Below are positions 59,736 through 64,000 of a stretch of 64,000 nucleotides of DNA, in pieces. The notes under the pieces are model-generated. The model worked only from the letters and a program-made list of their open reading frames with translations, did no database searches and was not told the DNA's origin. The translations under genes and the position numbers were made by a program. Source of the stretch: Podarcis filfolensis (lineage: Eukaryota). How positions within the stretch are numbered: the first letter of the stretch is position 1; each line of letters starts with the position of its first letter. The DNA lies in NCBI GenBank assembly GCA_964270895.1, contig OZ185438.1. One strand, given 5' to 3'.

Positions 59736-59840
59736 CTGTCTGAGTTCATCTGCCATGAAGAAGGAAGGTGCATTTGCTTTTGGCTGCATGTAAGCAACAT
59801 GAGGCGCAGTTGGAGGATAAATGTGGTAATTTGGGAACAC
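59736..59840 (-). CDS. PAN3: PAN3 exon 8-equivalent (VFPNYHIYPPTAPHVAYMQPKANAPSFFMADELRQ)
   Basis: caatag| and |gtaagt, 105 nt. Confidence 0.97.
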
Positions 59841-60179
59841 CTATTGAAGATAAATTTTGGAACAGACAATTTTTAGGATTTGAAAAGTTATGAGATCTTT
59901 TAAAAGCCCTCTGAAGTGGTTTCACAGAAGCCATATCAAAAAAAGGATGAGCATACTTATGGGTGCATACTTATGGTTGCAGCTGCAAAGTCATCAGCAT
60001 CTGAATTAATTACTTTCAAAATCCAAACTTGAAATTCTGGGAGAAAAATAAGTTTGTATGGAAAGTGTGCAAAATATTAGTACAGGGTCAGCATGAGGAA
60101 ACACAAGGAATATGAATCTGGCTAGGTAATAAGGGCTACATAAAATGCACACCCCAAGCCTGCACATGTCCTATAACCA

Positions 60180-60498
60180 TCCTCAAAAGCCTTTCTCAGA
60201 GTGCCCCTGGCTTAGGGAGATAAGGCAGGTGGCAGCTTGGGAGCCTTTTCAGTGATAGCACCACCCCATTCATGGAGAAGGTATGGTGCTGAAACTTATT
60301 GGTACCAAGCCCAGGCTTTAATCCTTCATTGAATTTTAGTTTAAACTGATACTTACTCAACTTTTTGTGTTGTATTTTTTGAAATTAATTTTTTTAAGCT
60401 GATGCTGTTATTGTTCATTAATTCTTTTAAGTGTCTCCAGCCTAGAGCTGAACAGTGGGGATGGATAGGTAGATAGACAGACAGACAGACAGACAGAC
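60180..60498 (+). mobile_element. Degenerate L2 3' end ending in (AGAC)n
   Basis: GCCTTTCTCAGAGTGCCCC...GCCTTTTCAGTGATAGCACC, then a T-rich tract and GATA/GACA repeats. Confidence 0.5.
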
Positions 60499-60914
60499 TA
60501 TAAAGATTAACAGAGTGGGTGGCGGAATAGGTTGTATTTATCTTATACTTAAGAAAGTATCTAACATTCTAATGAAAGCATCATGGTGGCAAACTACCCA
60601 AGTCATGCACAAAGTTTGCCAAACACTGCTGTTACCTGCCCTAAGGGTTCAAGATACAACAGATTCTGCCATGTCAGAGAGCATGTCTGGTTTTCTTAGG
60701 GGGCAATGGCCTTAAAATAAAAAGCCAACAAAGCTGCACATACAATCTCACATAGAGGGAATCTCTGATGCCACCTAGTCTAGGCTCCTAGATTTCTATG
60801 CCATTCATCCCATTAATAAAGGGCTTACTCATACATCAGCCACCTGTGTAATTCTTCTGAGAGCATGGAACTGCCTTCTTCAGAATGTGATCACTGGTCT
60901 TTCTGGTCTAGTAG

Positions 60915-61058
60915 TGCCTACTCCGGCAGGCAACACGGTCTCGGCCAGAGATCTTTCCCTGGCTACCAGAAAGAGTTTAAATGAAGATGTAAGGAACAGA
61001 ACCTAGAACATTGTGTATGCAAAAGCATGTGATCGACAGCAGACCTATGGCTCTCCCC
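60915..61058 (-). mobile_element. Degenerate tRNA-derived SINE
   Basis: GAACCTAGAACATTGTGTATGCAAAAGCATG...CCTATGGCTCTCCC is the reverse of the head type at 63731. Confidence 0.45.
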
Positions 61059-61399
61059 ATGCTGCTCTTTAATCAGTTTATCATGAAAGGAAGGAGACTC
61101 AACAAGCCTCAGACTCACGTACTCTTCCACTACACAGATGAAAGAGTTTGGAAGCTTTCATTTCTGTTTCTGGAGTTTTTCATATCATTCAAACTAAGCT
61201 TTGTATGAAAAAAGCCAATTTCAAACCATAATTATTGACCAGTTGAGGGTTTGGATAGAATGCTAAATGAAAGTTAATTGAAATAGGAAGCTTCCACTCT
61301 TACTTGCAGCCATACTTGTGGAGGAAAGGAAAGGACTTAAGTCCAAGGCTCATGTAGGTTCATTCCCATCATGATAAACCATGGTTTATTCTGACCACC

Positions 61400-61660
61400 T
61401 CTCCCCATATGAACTGCCCTGGACCCTGAGATCATCATCCAAGCCCTTCTCTGTGCCATGCTCTCTCCAGGGGGGGCTAATCCGATACCTTCATTACAAA
61501 TATTTAGGTGCCAGGCCAAAATATTCCTTTGCTGACAGGCCTTTGGCTAATTAAATGGTCTATGGCCTCATGAACTATTGGGTGCAGGTTGTTTAGTTTG
61601 TTGGTATGTTATGTATTTCTGTGTGTTTATACTGTAAACTGCCCTGTGGTTTTATTATTT
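61400..61660 (+). mobile_element. Degenerate L2 3' end
   Basis: TTTAGGTGCCAGGCCAAAATATTCCTTT...CAGGCCTTTGG...GTAAACTGCCCTG, an L2 terminus pattern. Confidence 0.55.
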
Positions 61661-61888
61661 ACTGGTTAATAATATAATCTTCTGAGATAAAGGGCAGTAT
61701 ATAAATTATTTCTCCAACTGTGTGCAAATAGGAAAGCTTTGCAAGACAGAAAAGGAAGCCACAGTGGCAGTCAACAGTAACAGCCAAGATGCAAATCAAG
61801 CTTGGAAATGTGGTAATTACTATATGGAATACCAGCATTAATTTATGGATTATAACAAATACCTTCATAAATAAAACGGATTTCTCAC

Positions 61889-62136
61889 CATTCCAGTTAC
61901 AGGTGCTGGAGTTGTGTCAGTATAGAAATAGGTTGTGCCACCCACAGTTTCCTTCTGAATCACCTGGCCAGCAGCTGGCGGCTGGGAGACAGCATTAGTA
62001 ACTGGCGTAGAGGCACTAGTAGGCACCATGTAATTTGCTGGGTTTGGTGTATGACTTCTTCGTCTAGGAGCAGGAGACGTGTGAGGAGTAATTTTAGGGG
62101 AATGAAGGGGAGAAGATCCTGCTGACAATGACATTC
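61889..62136 (-). CDS. PAN3: PAN3 exon 7-equivalent (GMSLSAGSSPLHSPKITPHTSPAPRRRSHTPNP...QKETVGGTTYFYTDTTPAPVTGM)
   Basis: cataag| and |gtgaga, 248 nt. The upstream PAN3 exons lie beyond the window. Confidence 0.97.
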
Positions 62137-63482
62137 CTTATGAAAATAAAAGGAAAAAAGAAGACTTGCAGTGAAAAGGCATTTGCAGCCATAACAGACT
62201 CCAAGGCTTGGGGTGGGGGGTATATTTCCTTGCAGATAAAAACAGACTTGGGACAGCTGGACAAGGTGTTTTAAAACTTCCCAGTTTACATGTAAGATTC
62301 AAGTGAAATGGTTAGCCACAAAGATACCAACTTTTGCCCAAAGGGTAAGAAAAGCAGCAGCAAATATTTGCAACATTTTCAAGCTATTCAATTACAACTC
62401 CATCTAATTGTGCCACTTTGCTATGGCAGACAAAAAGCGCCAGGTACTGCCACAGTACTCTTTAAACCAAGGATGGGGAACTTCCGATTGGTGGGCCAAG
62501 ATTGGCTTGTCAGGCCAATTACTCCAAACCACGTCCACCCACCGGACAGCTGATGGATGGGAGGAGATGGTTTATTCCTCCTACATTAGCTGTATGGCCT
62601 ATTCCCAAGCAAGGAACAGGATCAGGCTGCCAAAGCAGCAGGATTTAATCCCTGCTCATCACTGATGAGCAGTGATAAAAGCCCTTTGTAAAAGGACTAT
62701 TTGGAGTAACTTGCACTTTGTCTTTAAGAAGAGCCAGTGGCAGAAGGGTAAGGGAGAAGAGTCTGCTCTACTTCTCCACTGCAACCACCCGCCCGCTTGC
62801 TTAAACCACCCTGATGTGAAAGGAGGGCAATTCTGCTTGGTCCAGGCATACAAGAGAGCAACCTGCAGGGAGCTCACTTATGCACCACCACCCCTTTGCC
62901 AAGCATGATCCCCTGCATCCAACGGTGCATTGGCTGATGAGGGGTAGAGGGGGGATCCTGCTTGGTCTGGGTGCATGAGGTTTACTTGCAGGCAACTATC
63001 ATGCACCCTAACCTTCTCATTTTGACTGTGCATGTAGCAGACAGCAAGACGCTGCTAAAGGAAAGGTTTTTCCTGCAAATGGAGGAAGCCTTCACTTTCA
63101 CAGCGTTGTTGCCTGCTTTGAAATCCTGGGACTTCAAAGCACCAAATTCCCTGGTATCAGTTGACTGACACCTGTCAAATTTGCCCTGCAAGGCAGATCC
63201 TTATGAGAATCTGACCCATGGAGCTAAAAACATTCCCCACGCCTTATTTAAACCAAACTAGAATCATCTGAAAGGAAAATACTGAGGTGTGTGCCATATA
63301 ATTTGCAATGATTTTTATAGACACCTACACAGAAGATTAAAAAACAAAACAAATCATCACCACCAGGTTGTAACGATTACGCAAACTAACCACACTATAC
63401 TCAGTGTCAAGACAAATTTATTAACTAGGTACTACTTACTCAGCACTGAAACAAAATATGATGTGCAATCTATTATTTATTT

Positions 63483-63526
63483 ATACATACATACATACAT
63501 ACATACATACATACATACATACATAC
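63483..63526. repeat. (ATAC)11 microsatellite
   Basis: Direct reading. Confidence 0.95.
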
Positions 63527-63730
63527 TATAAAACTACAATGTTTCCTGTGACTATGATTATGGATGTTAAGTGTTTTTCCAAACTTAAATAAAAACAAAC
63601 TGTAGTTGTGGATTTACCATAAAGATCAGGATTCAAATCACCACGTGTGCTACTCATAGAAGCTTCTCAGCCCCCTCCATAAAGCAGTATGAGGCATGAG
63701 GGGCTGCCCCAGAAAGGAGGGGAACACACA

Positions 63731-63914
63731 GGAAAAGCCATAGCTCACTGCTAAAGAAAAACCTTGGCATGAACAAGATCCAGGTTTAAGACCCATGACA
63801 TTTCTGGGCAGAAAGGCTTTGGAAAAGTCCTAGGCATCATTCTGGAGAGAGACTGCCAGAGTTGACAGCACCGGACTAGGCAGATAAATGGACTTCATTT
63901 AAGGCAGATTCATA
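63731..63914 (+). mobile_element. Degenerate tRNA-derived SINE with CR1-like tail
   Basis: GCCATAGCTCACTG...CCAGGTTTAAGACCC...CTGGAGAGAGACTGCCAG...TAAGGCAGATTCATAT. Confidence 0.5.
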
Positions 63915-64000
63915 TTTTCAAGGTAACTACTTATGATAAAACTATGAGGCTTAATTTTCCTCCTCAACCCTCAATTATTTCCCATCATGCAAGACAGGTT

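Overview
Vertebrate genomic DNA, most likely a lacertid lizard (inferred from Sauria SINEs and Squam3-type SINEs with CTT tails). Two genes lie tail-to-tail. On the + strand is the 3' half of FLT1/VEGFR1: 15 coding exons equivalent to human exons 16-30, from the transmembrane exon at 6138 to the stop at 37952. On the - strand is the 3' part of PAN3: 13 coding exons equivalent to human exons ~7-19, from 62136 to the stop at 43563. Both spliced reading frames are intact. The ~5.6 kb between the stop codons has no recognisable transposon and holds both 3'UTRs with interleaved poly(A) signals. Introns are dense with CR1, L1 and L2 fragments, SINEs, a probable solo LTR, and Tc1/mariner- and hAT-type MITEs, several of them nested. 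The best leads are: a CpG-rich FLT1 intron 21 just upstream of a Kozak-perfect internal ATG (candidate internal promoter); KDR-like or novel changes at FLT1 regulatory sites (juxtamembrane PYSS, P-loop Tyr, loss of the Y1309 equivalent); a GC-AG intron and a NAGNAG acceptor in FLT1; a candidate PAN3 poison exon; a retroposed element carrying an unassigned ORF; a MITE with TTAGGG repeats; and a MITE built from nested palindromes. Comparisons with human proteins and repeat consensus sequences are from recall, not from database searches.
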